IMG/VR virus record: IMGVR_UViG_3300014205_000170
Span: 64,001 to 128,000 of that record
DNA from: a virus
Taxonomy: Duplodnaviria; Caudoviricetes
DNA: 64,000 nt
Strand: one strand, 5' to 3'
In this document: piece after piece, positions 32,575 to 44,210 of the stretch
Layout of the letters: every line of letters begins with the position of its first letter
Position numbering within the stretch: position 1 is the stretch's first letter
Notes under the pieces: generated by a model
Database searches by the model: none
What the model saw: the letters and a program-made list of their open reading frames with translations, nothing else
What the model was told of the DNA's origin: nothing
Translations under genes and position numbers: made by a program

Positions 32575-33433
32575 TAATGAGCAAATTCAAGAAAATAGTA
32601 GAACGACCTTTAAAAACACTGAGTTTGAAAGAAGGAGAAAAATTATCTAAAAATCCCAACAAACCAATCATTCATATTAACGGAGAAGGTAAGCAATGTT
32701 ATTTATGGATTGGTAATAACAATAAAGGAGATAAATTTTGCTATGCTACAGTGTCTGGACAAAAAACTTTAAAGAAGTTTGCTCAAACTTTATTAAAGAA
32801 ATTAGAAACTATAAAAAAACAATAAAAATGTCTAGTGGCGATTATGGTGATTATATTAGGGCGTTTGCTGGCTCAGAATTAGATATGAACTATCTATTTT
32901 CCCAAATAACGAAACAACCAATACAAGAAAAAACAAATTTAGAAATTTTACAAGAAAATTTTTCTGATTTTTTTTATAAATCCGGAATAGTTGAAAACAA
33001 TTCTATGGCAAATTTATGTGCCGCCCATACTATTGAATTTGCAAATCAACAATGTGAAAAACTACACAAACTTCTTCTTGATGAAATAAAAGATTTAAAG
33101 GACAGAGAGTTAGAATTTAGATATAAGGAAGAAAAATATTTGGAAGAACTTGCAACTTTAAACTCTATCATGCAAAACACGAATGAAGAGACTGTTTGTT
33201 ATGCAGATGTTGTTGAATTAAAACGTGAACTCAAATTAGAAAAAGAGAGAAATCGTTCTTTAGCGCAAAGAGAAGTAAGTTGGCCCATTCCAAAAGGTGT
33301 TGTTGAACCTCTAGATGATTTTAAACCAATAAGAAAATCACCATATGCAGATGAGGGTTCTTGGTTCGGCGATGCTAAGTACAATCCAGATTGTGATTAT
33401 GACGACAAGCCTTTTTAACAAATTTCAATATTT

Positions 33434-33463
33434 TGTAACAAAATTGTCTTAAAATTCGTTTAA
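33434..33463 (+). promoter_or_regulatory. ECF-sigma-like promoter
   Basis: TGTAAC-N17-CGTTTAA upstream of 33472. Confidence 0.7.
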
Positions 33464-33755
33464 ATATATGAATGAAAGAGCCTAAAAAATCCAAGAAAAC
33501 GCCATCACTATTCGATTATAGTGAGTTTACATGGGGCTTTAATTCATCGGTGAGCGGTAAAAACCTCCATTCTGTCTCTAGACACTCAAGAAAAGAAAAA
33601 CTTACCGAATGTAGATTACACGTTACAGACAAAATAACGAACTTAGAAGAAAACTACACAATTCCGGCTGGACATTATTCTAAAAAAGAAATGCAAAAAT
33701 TACGTCAAGACGCACTTGACAAAACAATATTATCTCTAATGAAAAAAAGAAAAAA

Positions 33756-34307
33756 ATGATTGGAGAACTAAAAAATATTGAAAAAACTCAATTACTATCT
33801 CTATTACAAGATGAAGCAAAATGGCATACATTAGATGTTAATTATCATCCACCAAGAGTTGAGCGTTTATGGACTCAAATGGGAAAGAACCGGTTATTAC
33901 TTCACGTTATTCATCCTTGTACTTCTGAAGAAGCTTTATATCATCCACACCCATGGCCATCTGCTATTCATATTTTAAGTGGTGAATACGAAATGGGATT
34001 AGGTGTGAAAGCCTCAAACTTCATAGGACCAACTGAAAAATTTGCTGGGAAAAATCCAAAAATATATGAAATTGCAAAGGTTATATTAGGTGCCGGAAGT
34101 TATTATGAAATGCTTCAAAAAAGAGGATGGCATTTTGTAAGACCAATTAGCATTCCTTGTGTATCTCTTATGTTAATCGGAGAACCTTGGGATAACGAAG
34201 AAGAAAATGGTCAACCAAATCCAGAAGGTGGACTTTTTGAGATTTTATCAGAAAGAAAACAAGAAATTTTAACCACAGCAATAAAATTAATTACATGTAT
34301 ACATTAA
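33756..34307 (+). CDS. Cupin-like protein
   Basis: HPHPWP...ILSGEYE...WHFV. Confidence 0.55.
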   Translation: MIGELKNIEKTQLLSLLQDEAKWHTLDVNYHPPRVERLWTQMGKNRLLLHVIHPCTSEEALYHPHPWPSAIHILSGEYEMGLGVKASNFIGPTEKFAGKNPKIYEIAKVILGAGSYYEMLQKRGWHFVRPISIPCVSLMLIGEPWDNEEENGQPNPEGGLFEILSERKQEILTTAIKLITCIH

Positions 34308-34628
34308 TCCAGATATTACATAATACAGAAAGAAAAACATGGCATCCAATTTTTTACATGGAAAGTCCATTACCTGGCCAAGACCTTTCTAATGATTTAA
34401 TACGTTTTAAGTCAAAAGGACATCACACTAGTGGTTTTGTAACATTAAAAGCAGCAATCGCAGAAACAATAGTTGTGGAGTCTAGATTAGTTGGACAAGG
34501 TCACACTGTTTTTTGTGAAATTGAGCCATTATTATCTTGGGATGGTATTGAAGTACCGGTAAGTACCACCTTAAGAAGTTTAGAAGAATTAAAAAACTTT
34601 AAAAATAAAACTGAAGGGAATCTTACAC

Positions 34629-35396
34629 ATGAATAAGGAAGAGTTAATACAAGTGTTTGAAGATACAAAAAACCTTTGTCAAAATATACCGGCACCAAGT
34701 ACACAAAAATCCATTCACACAATGTCTAGAGATGTTGAATCGGAAAAACTTACGCAAAAAGAGGGATTAGTTATAATAGAACCTTTAGATACGGTCACAG
34801 CTTTAATTAAGTATTCTAAGAAAGAAAACAATAATGGTATCTTTAAACAGAACGCAGTTCTAAATATGGCCAGCTCAAAAAGACCCGGAGGAGGTGTTCA
34901 AAACGGTTCTGTTGCTCAAGAAGAATGCTTGTTTAGATGTTCAAACTTATATCATATTCAAAAAGAATTTTATCCAATAGATTCAAAAGAATTTATTTTT
35001 AGTAAAAATGTTAGTTTTGTCAAAAATGGCAACTATGAAAGAATAGAACCAATTTTGGCTGACGTTATTACAATGCCAGCCATTAATTTAAACAAGAATC
35101 ATATTGATAATGTAATAGTAAAAGATTCTATTGTTGACTATGAAGAAAGAATGATTGAGAAAATTAATAAAATTTTTGATATTGCAGAGGAGAATTTAAA
35201 TAAAAATTTAATTCTTGGAGCTTGGGGGTGTGGGGTTTTTAAAAATGAACCTAAAGTCGTAGCAGAGTTTTTTAATATTGTATTAGAAAAGAAAAGATTC
35301 TTTTTTGATAAAATTATTTTTGCAATTATAAATGACCAAAATTCCGTAGCAAATAACTATCAAATATTTTTAAATACTATTAAAACAAAATATTAA
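34629..35396 (+). CDS. Microbial PARG-type macrodomain (TIGR02452/DUF2263)
   Basis: VLNMAS..PGGG..NG..AQEE, LILGAWGCGVFKN. Confidence 0.9.
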   Translation: MNKEELIQVFEDTKNLCQNIPAPSTQKSIHTMSRDVESEKLTQKEGLVIIEPLDTVTALIKYSKKENNNGIFKQNAVLNMASSKRPGGGVQNGSVAQEECLFRCSNLYHIQKEFYPIDSKEFIFSKNVSFVKNGNYERIEPILADVITMPAINLNKNHIDNVIVKDSIVDYEERMIEKINKIFDIAEENLNKNLILGAWGCGVFKNEPKVVAEFFNIVLEKKRFFFDKIIFAIINDQNSVANNYQIFLNTIKTKY

Positions 35397-35595
35397 AATG
35401 GGTTGGAAATCGAGCAAAGACATAACAAGAGAAGAATCTATGAAAATTATATTAGACCGGTTATACATGGCCTCAAACGATGAACTCTCTCATATCTTGC
35501 TTAATCTTGGTTTTGGAGATGATATAAATCTTCCACACTATGGATATAATTTTAATGTAGTAGATAAATCAGAAGATAATAAAGAATTATAAAAT

Positions 35596-36660
35596 ATGGC
35601 ATTCAAGAAAAAAGCACCATTTGTTATAAGATTTAATCACTATGAATCTTATCCTCATAAAACACTTACACATATTTTTGTTAATGATGTTTATTTCAAT
35701 TCTACTAATTCTATAAGTGGTGGTGGTTACAGTGACAAAAGAACTCTTAATGAAATTATACAAGTAAATATTTTAAAACCACTGCTCGAAAATACATGTT
35801 ATTATTTTGAAAATACTGTCGATTCAAATTATAAAGAAAAAAAATGTCAAATATTTGAATATAAAATTCAACTCGGAAACGAAAAAACAACTCTTGAAAG
35901 AATAAAAGAAAAATTTGCTCTTAAAACAGAACGATATTATTTTGAACAAAGTCAAATTGAAACAATTGAAAATAACATTATAACTTCTACTTTATCAAGT
36001 GAAACTCATAAAAAAGAAGAAGTTTTTAATTCAAATATCGAAAAACAAACCTTGGCTTTGAAACAACACTTTGAAAATTTTTATGGAGTTCAAATAGAAA
36101 TAAAAAATCAACCTACTTTTTTGGATATAAATAAGACAGACTCATGGCGTGCATTGTTGCCTTTTAAATATAAAATCAAACAAGTTTTAGATGTTGAAAA
36201 ATTAAAAACAAAAGCAGAAAAAATAGATTTTTTTGATAGATTTAACTTAGTATTAGCAGATATTGAAATTGATAAAAAAAATGAATATGATGTATTGAAA
36301 ATGACAGTATCTCCATCTTATTCAAATGTGTTACTCTCAGAAGCAGTATTAGGGTGTATGGAAAATCCAATATATTTACACATTATTAAAACGCATGAAC
36401 AAGAATTTTTAAATGATTTTGTTGCATTTAAAAAAATAATTTTTGATAATTTCAAACAATCATCTCGTTCTAGGGGAAACTTTATATTTTTAATGAATTT
36501 TCACAAGATAATGCCAGAACTTTATAAGCAAATGTTTGGTACTTTATCTTATGGTTTAGTTCCGGCTTTAATTACAATGAAAGAAACAGTTGGATTTTCT
36601 AAAAACATTGATATACAAGATATTTATAATGATAGCAATAACCTTCCAGAACAATTTTAA
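35596..36660 (+). CDS. Hypothetical protein (354 aa)
   Basis: Long ORF in a co-oriented array. Confidence 0.7.
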   Translation: MAFKKKAPFVIRFNHYESYPHKTLTHIFVNDVYFNSTNSISGGGYSDKRTLNEIIQVNILKPLLENTCYYFENTVDSNYKEKKCQIFEYKIQLGNEKTTLERIKEKFALKTERYYFEQSQIETIENNIITSTLSSETHKKEEVFNSNIEKQTLALKQHFENFYGVQIEIKNQPTFLDINKTDSWRALLPFKYKIKQVLDVEKLKTKAEKIDFFDRFNLVLADIEIDKKNEYDVLKMTVSPSYSNVLLSEAVLGCMENPIYLHIIKTHEQEFLNDFVAFKKIIFDNFKQSSRSRGNFIFLMNFHKIMPELYKQMFGTLSYGLVPALITMKETVGFSKNIDIQDIYNDSNNLPEQF

Positions 36661-36663
36661 ATT

Positions 36664-38352
36664 ATGTTAGAAATTTTAGTCCCAAGAATAGAACATGATA
36701 TTAAATATCAAGCTAAAGATGGTCAATTTTTTGAAAATAAAGACAATTGCATACGACATGAGCAAGAACTAGACTTTGCATCCTTTGTGTTGGATGAAAA
36801 AAAAGTACAAGGTCCAATCACAGAAGAAAATTGGCAACATTGTGTTTATGATTTATTAAATCAATTCTATAACAATCCTATCAAACATGCATTCCTTTTA
36901 CAAAAAGAAAATTATTCAAGAAACGATTGGAAAAAAAATGAAAAAACAAACGAATATGAAACTGTAATAATAGAATTTGATATTACCCAAGTTAAAATAT
37001 TGTTTTTAGAAGCTTTCAAAGAGGTTTATAACTACAGAGAAATTTTCATAGATAGAATGAGACATGATAGAAATAACTATCAAAGAATAAATATATCTAA
37101 TCTAGAATCACATACTGGGTCATATGTTGGTTGTAAATTTAAATTAGACACTCCGTTAGAAAATATATACAAATTCATCTTAGATAAAAAATTATTATCG
37201 CTTGAAGATTTATTAGAAGATTTTAAAAAAACAATATACACCACTAAATATAACCGATTGTCAGGTAAATCTGAAGAACGTAAGCTCACGTTAGAAGAAA
37301 TTCATAATTCTTTTTCTTTAACACACTTTCATAATTGTTTTAATGCTAACTGTACTACTTCTTTAGATATTGCAATAAAAAACTTAAACTTAAATTTAAT
37401 GTTTTGTTTAAATTATATAACAACCGGAAGTTATGGAGGAGATATAAATAACACATTAAGAGCAGATTTTTTTACAAGATTATGCTGTTTTCGTTTCACT
37501 TATAAAAGCAATTACTCTAACACCATTATATCAGCAGATGATACAAAAAGAATTAAATGGATTAAATATTTAATTGAAAAAAACATATCTTTAAAACTAT
37601 TTAAATATTATTATTCTTATGATGAAATGCATAATAATGAAATAGATTTTAAAACTAATTCTAATGTTATTTATTTAACAATAGACGATTTAATTAAAAA
37701 CGTTGAAAGAGAGGCGGATAATCATAAAGTGTTTTTGTTTCAAAAAACAAGTAAAGAAATTATATCTTTATTACGAGGGATAACAAATAATATTTTTACC
37801 ACTAATAAAAAAAATAAAAAACCATATTCTTATTTTGTGCTAGAAAAAGCATTTCACGAAGTAGTAGAAAAACTTTCTGATTATCCAGAATTGAACATTG
37901 TAGTTGATAGAGATAATTTTTCAATTATAAGAATAATTGAAGAAAATAAAAGTTATGAATTAAATAAACATAATGAATATAGGAATTTTAAGCAAATAGA
38001 AGCTCAATTTCATTTATCTCTTTTTAATGCAAGACAACATTATGCTGGTCATGATAAAACGAAAGTTAAAGATGAAATTACTATTCACTACACTTCTAAA
38101 GAAGATAGATATGATAGTAAAAAAGATTCTGCATTAAGGACGAGACTGTTTATAAACGATTATAAAAACAAAGAAGATAAATTAATTTCGGAAATAATTT
38201 TTCAATTAAATGATAAAAATCCATTAGGACAAGATGGATTGCAAAAAATAAAAAGTCTCGAAGAGACACTCCTTCAAATGGAAAAACAAAAAGAAAAGCT
38301 ATTAGAAGAAAAAGAAACTTTAGAACGTTTAATACCTAAAAAGAAGAAATAA
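36664..38352 (+). CDS. Hypothetical protein (562 aa)
   Basis: Long ORF; N-terminal YQAKDGQFFENKDNCIRHE motif. Confidence 0.75.
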   Translation: MLEILVPRIEHDIKYQAKDGQFFENKDNCIRHEQELDFASFVLDEKKVQGPITEENWQHCVYDLLNQFYNNPIKHAFLLQKENYSRNDWKKNEKTNEYETVIIEFDITQVKILFLEAFKEVYNYREIFIDRMRHDRNNYQRINISNLESHTGSYVGCKFKLDTPLENIYKFILDKKLLSLEDLLEDFKKTIYTTKYNRLSGKSEERKLTLEEIHNSFSLTHFHNCFNANCTTSLDIAIKNLNLNLMFCLNYITTGSYGGDINNTLRADFFTRLCCFRFTYKSNYSNTIISADDTKRIKWIKYLIEKNISLKLFKYYYSYDEMHNNEIDFKTNSNVIYLTIDDLIKNVEREADNHKVFLFQKTSKEIISLLRGITNNIFTTNKKNKKPYSYFVLEKAFHEVVEKLSDYPELNIVVDRDNFSIIRIIEENKSYELNKHNEYRNFKQIEAQFHLSLFNARQHYAGHDKTKVKDEITIHYTSKEDRYDSKKDSALRTRLFINDYKNKEDKLISEIIFQLNDKNPLGQDGLQKIKSLEETLLQMEKQKEKLLEEKETLERLIPKKKK

Positions 38353-38788
38353 AAAACTTTAATGAATATAAATCCTAAAAATATAATTTCTACCGGTTGT
38401 TGTGAAAAAGCAAATCAATTTAAAACAGTATATTTAGATTTTGATTATGAGGAACACAAGCAGTCCGATTGTCACGCTACTCTTAAACCGAGATGGTATT
38501 CGAAAGGAGTTCAAGAAATATATGAAGGTTCTAATTATTTTTTAATTAGTTCTGTTGAGGTTACATTTTGCCCATTTTGTGCCAAACAAGTTCCTGAAAT
38601 TGAAAGAAATAAAAAGGCTCCAAAAAAGAGAATTCAAAATGGAGATGGAGATTATTGTCACACTTGTGATGAACGTTTAATGAGCTGCGATTGTTTACCT
38701 CCGACATTTAGTTGGAAACCGGTTGGAGTCGAAGTATTCATTCCTAGTCCTATTAAAAGAAATGAAGATTAATAATTAAAACAACAAC

Positions 38789-39136
38789 ATGGAAACAAAC
38801 ACACAACAAAAATCCGACATTGCTTTTGAAGATTTTGCGAAAGCTGATATTCGTATTTGTAAAATCCTAACAGTAGAAAAAGTAGAAAAGGCAGATAAAC
38901 TTTATAAACTTACTGTTGATACTGGAATTGATAATAGAGTAGTAGTTAGTGCCATTGCTCATAAATTAACTCCAGAACAAATTCTTAACAAGAATATTCC
39001 TTTTATTTTAAATCTACCGGTACGCTCAATTCGTGGTATAGAATCTCATGGTATGATTTTATTAGCCGGAAATCCTGATAATGATTTTTATGTTCTTAGT
39101 AATGAGAACGCTGCCCCAGGAACGGTTGTAATATAA
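38789..39136 (+). CDS. Stand-alone tRNA-binding OB domain (MetRS C-terminal/Trbp111-like)
   Basis: FEDFAKADIR, ADKLYKLTVDTG, NLPVRSIRGIESHGMIL. Confidence 0.9.
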   Translation: METNTQQKSDIAFEDFAKADIRICKILTVEKVEKADKLYKLTVDTGIDNRVVVSAIAHKLTPEQILNKNIPFILNLPVRSIRGIESHGMILLAGNPDNDFYVLSNENAAPGTVVI

Positions 39137-39137
39137 C

Positions 39138-39166
39138 TGTAACTTTTTAACAATCACTACGTTTAA
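39138..39166 (+). promoter_or_regulatory. ECF-sigma-like promoter
   Basis: TGTAAC-N16-CGTTTAA upstream of 39172. Confidence 0.75.
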
Positions 39167-39742
39167 TAGATATGAAGGTCAAACCTTGTATATTATCTAT
39201 TATTCCTTATACTCCGGACGAGCTTACGGATGGTATTGTAATGTATAACCTCCAAAGTAAGGAAATTGATTTTCTAAAAGCTGGTACAGCCTTTATGCAT
39301 CCATTTGTACCGGTTAAACTACGCTTAGTCTTCGAAAGGGAAATTTTGGCCTCAGAGAACCAAATTGGTCTTATTTATTCGGAAGACCCAGAAGAAATTC
39401 TACTTGATGCTTGGCACTATCATACAAACGTAAGTGGAGGACACACATTTGAAACATTCAAACGGTTATGTGTAACGGACCGAGAATTCGCTAATTTATG
39501 GCTTTTTAGACCAAATGACGCAAGCAACCAATATATTGACATTCATACTGGTCATCTTAATGAAATCATTCAGAATGATTGTAAATGCTTTATAGAAGTT
39601 GAGGATGACCCAGAAGAAGAAATATCCAATTCAGTAGGTATGATTGATGTTTCATTAAAAAGATATGCTCCTAAATTTATTAATAATAAAATCATAATAC
39701 ATTTAAGAAAACCATAATAAATTTTCTAACTTTCAGTTTTAT

Positions 39743-39793
39743 AAGGTCTAATTTCTTATCTTTGTATAGATGTTGAAATTAGACCTTTTTTTT
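39743..39793 (+). terminator. Intrinsic terminator-like hairpin with a -7 element in the loop
   Basis: AAGGTCTAATTTC/GAAATTAGACCTT 13-bp inverted repeat running into T8; TATCTTTG at 39757-39764. Confidence 0.6.
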
Positions 39794-40021
39794 GAATGAG
39801 TAACAATAAACACATAAGCAATACTAAAACTATTAGCCAGAAAAAGTCTAATGAGCTATATCGAGTAGTTGATAAAACTATTATGGATGCTCGTATAGAC
39901 ATTAAGAAGTACATTGACACGCACAACCTGTCTAAACATCATGATAAAATAGATAAGATTCTTTTTGATTGCGGAATTAATGCTGCACAAGGAGCAATTG
40001 ATGTATTTAAAAAAACGAACA

Positions 40022-41266
40022 ATGGAAACAACTGAAAAAAACCAAATAGATATACACACATTTAAAATCATTCCTGAACATTTAGGAAAAGGTTTTGGTT
40101 TTTGTGTTTATGGAGAAACTTCTGAAGAAGTGTTGGAATTGGCGAAAGAATGTAATTTTAAAGTTGAGCCAGCTATTTCTGCAAAAGGCCATCAGTATAC
40201 AGATTTTTTTCCTACCGAAAAAACGGATTTCACTAAAATGTTTCCTGCATTTAAAAAATTTAAATACATGGATGGTTTTAGTCCAAACTTAAATAAACAT
40301 TTACATATTGGACATTTTTCCAATCTTGTAATTGCCAAAGCATTTCAATCATTGGAAGTCGCAGAAGTCTATTTTTCTATTCTTGGAGATACACTATCAA
40401 CAGAAGTGTCACTTAAAGCGGAAGCATTAGCGAAATTCGCTGGACATTGTATAACATTTGAATATAAATCAAATCCAATTTATTTTGCATCTGAAATGGT
40501 GTATAAAGGAGATTTATTAAAAGATGGCGAAGGAGATTATGCCGGTACAAAAATTGTTGAGATTGGTGAGGAAAAAATTGTTGTCATAAAACAAGATGGG
40601 TCTACATCTTATTTTTATCAAGATTTAGCTTTAGCTTCCGAACTTAATGAATCTACTCTTTACTTAACAGGCTATGAACAAGAAAATCATTTTAATACGC
40701 TTAAAAAGATTTATCCGCACATCCACCATGTTGGTTTGGGACTATTACGTTTTCAAACTCGAAATGAAGAAGGTAGTTTAGAGGATGATAAAATGTCAAC
40801 TCGTCTTGGAAATGTGATATTTCTTGATGATTTTCTAAAAGACTTACAGAAAAAATTTAATGATGATATAAAATTGTGTTATAACATCTTTGCAGGATAT
40901 ATTTTAAAAAACAATCCCAAGTCAGACAAAATGTTTAATGCTGACACAATGGAAAATCCAAAAAATTCTCCAGGATTATATTTGAGTTATACTATGGCGC
41001 GTTTAAAAAGTGCCGGAGTGCCAGCTACAACGAATGAAAATTTCATAAAACAGTTCTTAACGTTTAATTACTTAAAAAGTAAACACTCATTGAATCCTAA
41101 ATATTTATTTGATGCTTTAATTGATTTGTGTAATCAAATTAATCAATTGTATGGAATACATCAGATAAGCGAAAATGAAAAAAACAAAGAAATGTTTTCA
41201 GTTTTATTAGGAGACCTGTCTTTGGGAATGAAAAAATTAGGATTGTTTGAAATTGATAAAGTATAA
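40022..41266 (+). CDS. argS: Shortened arginyl-tRNA synthetase
   Basis: FSPNLNKHLHIGH, KQDGSTSYFYQDLA, KMSTRLGNV, YLSYTMARLKS; ATG at 40022. Confidence 0.9.
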   Translation: METTEKNQIDIHTFKIIPEHLGKGFGFCVYGETSEEVLELAKECNFKVEPAISAKGHQYTDFFPTEKTDFTKMFPAFKKFKYMDGFSPNLNKHLHIGHFSNLVIAKAFQSLEVAEVYFSILGDTLSTEVSLKAEALAKFAGHCITFEYKSNPIYFASEMVYKGDLLKDGEGDYAGTKIVEIGEEKIVVIKQDGSTSYFYQDLALASELNESTLYLTGYEQENHFNTLKKIYPHIHHVGLGLLRFQTRNEEGSLEDDKMSTRLGNVIFLDDFLKDLQKKFNDDIKLCYNIFAGYILKNNPKSDKMFNADTMENPKNSPGLYLSYTMARLKSAGVPATTNENFIKQFLTFNYLKSKHSLNPKYLFDALIDLCNQINQLYGIHQISENEKNKEMFSVLLGDLSLGMKKLGLFEIDKV

Positions 41267-41450
41267 TAAATTATGTGGAAAGCAATTGCGAATTTAATAA
41301 ATAAGTGGGCCTGTATGCATCAGTGGGATAAATTATTCGAAAGAGATGTGAAAAATCTTGGTTCTAATGAAAATTACACAAGTATAACTTATTGTTGTAA
41401 AAATTGCGGTAAATTTAAAAGATGGAAATCATCTTAAAAAAACATAATGA

Positions 41451-41696
41451 ATGATTAAAATAAAAACCATACATTTTCTTGCTCATGAGGATGATAGCAA
41501 ATATGTTGCTGCTATTAAAGAGCATGAAGATGAGATACAAAAGTTTTTTATTTTAATAGAGTCAGAAGGACACACATTTATTAGTATGAACGAAGTGTCT
41601 TATGGGAGATTTAAAAATAACAACAGAACAAAAACAACAATATTATACCGAGAAAATTTGGTAAGAAAAGTCATTGTAGAGAAAAAAAGAAAATAA
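41451..41696 (+). CDS. Tandem paralog A, C-terminal tag
   Basis: EGHT...YRENLVRKVIVEK. Confidence 0.7.
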   Translation: MIKIKTIHFLAHEDDSKYVAAIKEHEDEIQKFFILIESEGHTFISMNEVSYGRFKNNNRTKTTILYRENLVRKVIVEKKRK

Positions 41697-41905
41697 TGGA
41701 ACGGAAAGTGTTTCAAGCAAATGTTTATAATAGATTAGATTATGATGAATCAATTAATAAAATCTTGAAAGAGATAACAGAAGAAGGACATACTTTAGTT
41801 TCATACGCGACTATGATGATTGGGTCTGAAAGAATGCAAACAGAAGTGATATATCGAGAAAACTTTGCTAGAAAAGTTATTGTAGAAAAAGAACAAATGG
41901 CATGA
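41696..41905 (+). CDS. Tandem paralog B, C-terminal tag
   Basis: EGHT...YRENFARKVIVEK. Confidence 0.7.
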   Translation: MERKVFQANVYNRLDYDESINKILKEITEEGHTLVSYATMMIGSERMQTEVIYRENFARKVIVEKEQMA

Positions 41906-42144
41906 TTAAAAGAAAATTATTTAAAGGTAGTGTTGGAGGAGAAGAAGTATTTGACAAATTAATAGATGATTTTTTTAAAGAAATAGCAGACAATGAATAT
42001 ACAATAATACACTACAATACTATTGCTTGTGGATATTCAAAAGGATATATTGATAAATTAAGAACAGAAATTATATATAGAGAGAATACTGTAAGAAGAG
42101 TTATTGTAGAAAAAAACAAAAAAGAAAATGAGAATACTTTATAG
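41902..42144 (+). CDS. Tandem paralog C, C-terminal tag
   Basis: YRENTVRRVIVEK. Confidence 0.7.
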   Translation: MIKRKLFKGSVGGEEVFDKLIDDFFKEIADNEYTIIHYNTIACGYSKGYIDKLRTEIIYRENTVRRVIVEKNKKENENTL

Positions 42145-42343
42145 ATTGTTAATGTGTTTATTGTATGTTGGTGTATTTTTGTCAATAATTATGGAACCTG
42201 TGATTTTTATATTTCTTTGGATTTTAACAGGAAAAGATAATTTAACAGGTTCTATAGTGGATTACATTTTAAAAAAGGAAGATGAGTGGTTTGGATGTAA
42301 AATAGTTCGACAAATTTTAATAGAAAAAACAATATACAAATGA
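42128..42343 (+). CDS. Membrane protein, C-terminal tag
   Basis: Hydrophobic N-terminal half; RQILIEKTIYK. Confidence 0.65.
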   Translation: MRILYRLLMCLLYVGVFLSIIMEPVIFIFLWILTGKDNLTGSIVDYILKKEDEWFGCKIVRQILIEKTIYK

Positions 42344-43084
42344 AGCAAAGAACATTAAAAATAAGACTTGGTGATGATGACCCAACACCAATTAAATTGA
42401 ACGAGAAAGAGCATAAAACATATGTTAAAGCAGTTCAAAACTTATCGTTGGCATTAAATACTCTTGGTGGTTCTCTGTACGAAAAAGGAGAAGGGGTTCA
42501 AAATACAGCAAATACTATATGTGCTTCTTTGGATTTATATGCTGCAGATATTCAAAAAATTCTTAAATATGATTCAAAACTATTAAGAGATAAAGAAGAA
42601 CGTTATAAAGAAATTCGTGAACTAAATCAAGAAAACAGAGAATTACGAGAAGAAATTGGCAAAGCGGTAACAAACGACCATTTAAGAGAAAAGCTTAAAT
42701 GCATGGTTAAAACAATTGAAAATTGGTGGAACGATAATCACTTAGGTTATAGTGAAGTTAAATTTTATGGAAGTATTATTCATGTCGAGTTTAAAGTTGC
42801 AATGTACATTCACCTTGATTTAAACACTGCTGCTGAACAAGAAGAATTTATTAAAAAACATTCTTCTGAACTAGGGTTAAAATTAGCTCCTGTTAATCCT
42901 AATCGTTATGAAACACGTCCAGATTTAATCGATAATGAACATAACAAAAAAATCATTGATAAGTTGGTTAAAGCTAGATTTCCATCTGCGAAAATTGATA
43001 CAATTCAAATTCGTTATACAGAAAATGATATGGGTGAAGCAACCTCAAGAATTTTAAGTTTTAGTTATTATCTAAGAAATTACG

Positions 43085-43501
43085 ATGAAGTCTAAACAGG
43101 TTATAGTTTTAAGAAAAGATTTAAAAAATGCAAAGGGCGAAAAAGTTCGGTCTGGTAAATTGTGTAGTCAAGCTGCGCATGCTTCTCTAAAAGTTATTAT
43201 TGATTTAATGCGCCAGAATGAAGATGCAGTGCAAACACAATTAATATTAGACATTAAAAAAGACTCTGCTTTGAATGATTGGATAAAAGGACATTATACT
43301 AAAATATCTGTAAGCGTTAATTCAGAAGCTGAATTATTACAAATATACAATACCGCAAAAGAAAGTGGTTTAATTTGTTCTTTAATTACAGATGCTGGCT
43401 TTACTGAATTTGAAGGGATTCCGACACTAACAGCTGTTGCAATAGGTCCAGCTTGGGAAAATGAAGTTGATGCAATTACCGGAAAACTACCTTTATTATA
43501 A
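43085..43501 (+). CDS. pth2: Peptidyl-tRNA hydrolase, Pth2 family
   Basis: KQVIVLRKDL, GKLCSQAAHAS, ITDAGFTE, TAVAIGP, ITGKLPLL. Confidence 0.92.
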   Translation: MKSKQVIVLRKDLKNAKGEKVRSGKLCSQAAHASLKVIIDLMRQNEDAVQTQLILDIKKDSALNDWIKGHYTKISVSVNSEAELLQIYNTAKESGLICSLITDAGFTEFEGIPTLTAVAIGPAWENEVDAITGKLPLL

Positions 43502-44210
43502 AAAAATAACTCAAAACAAAATGCAAGAATTAATTACAAAAAAACTCGAAGAATTAACATCTAATGGAAAATTAGATGAAATCATAACTAAAGAAATCAC
43601 TGCTGCCTTACAAGATACAGCTAGAGAAGCTTTGCGTTCTTACGGCGAAGTAGGAAAAGCATTAGAAGAAAAATTAAAAAAAGAACTCTTATCTAATATT
43701 GCAGGTTTGGATTTTACGCAATACGCGAAAACAATGACTGATTTGATGGAGTCTAGTTTAAATAAAAGTATTATTGAATATGGTATTGAGCCTGCAAAAG
43801 AAATGATTAACAGATTTGTTGGGCAGTTAGAAAAGAAAGAATGGAAATTATCAGAAGTAATAGAAAAATTCAAAGAAAGCTTTGTTAATGAAGATGACCG
43901 TGATGAATCAGGAGTTATTTCCCTTGTTGTAAAACCAAGTAGTTACGGTTCTGTTTGGATTGGATTTGACGAAAAAGAAGGACAAAACTCAGATTACAAT
44001 TGTAAATACAGACTGTCCGTTGATGATAAGACAAACAGAATGTGGTATTTTACAAATGATAAAGAAAAAATCACACCATTGACTGAATCTAATTTGACTG
44101 GATTTGATTTCTTCTTATTTAAATTATATGCTTGTCAGTGTACTTTAATATTAGATGAGGAAGAGTGTGATTTAGAATGGTCTACTTATAATAATTAAAA
44201 AACAACAATT

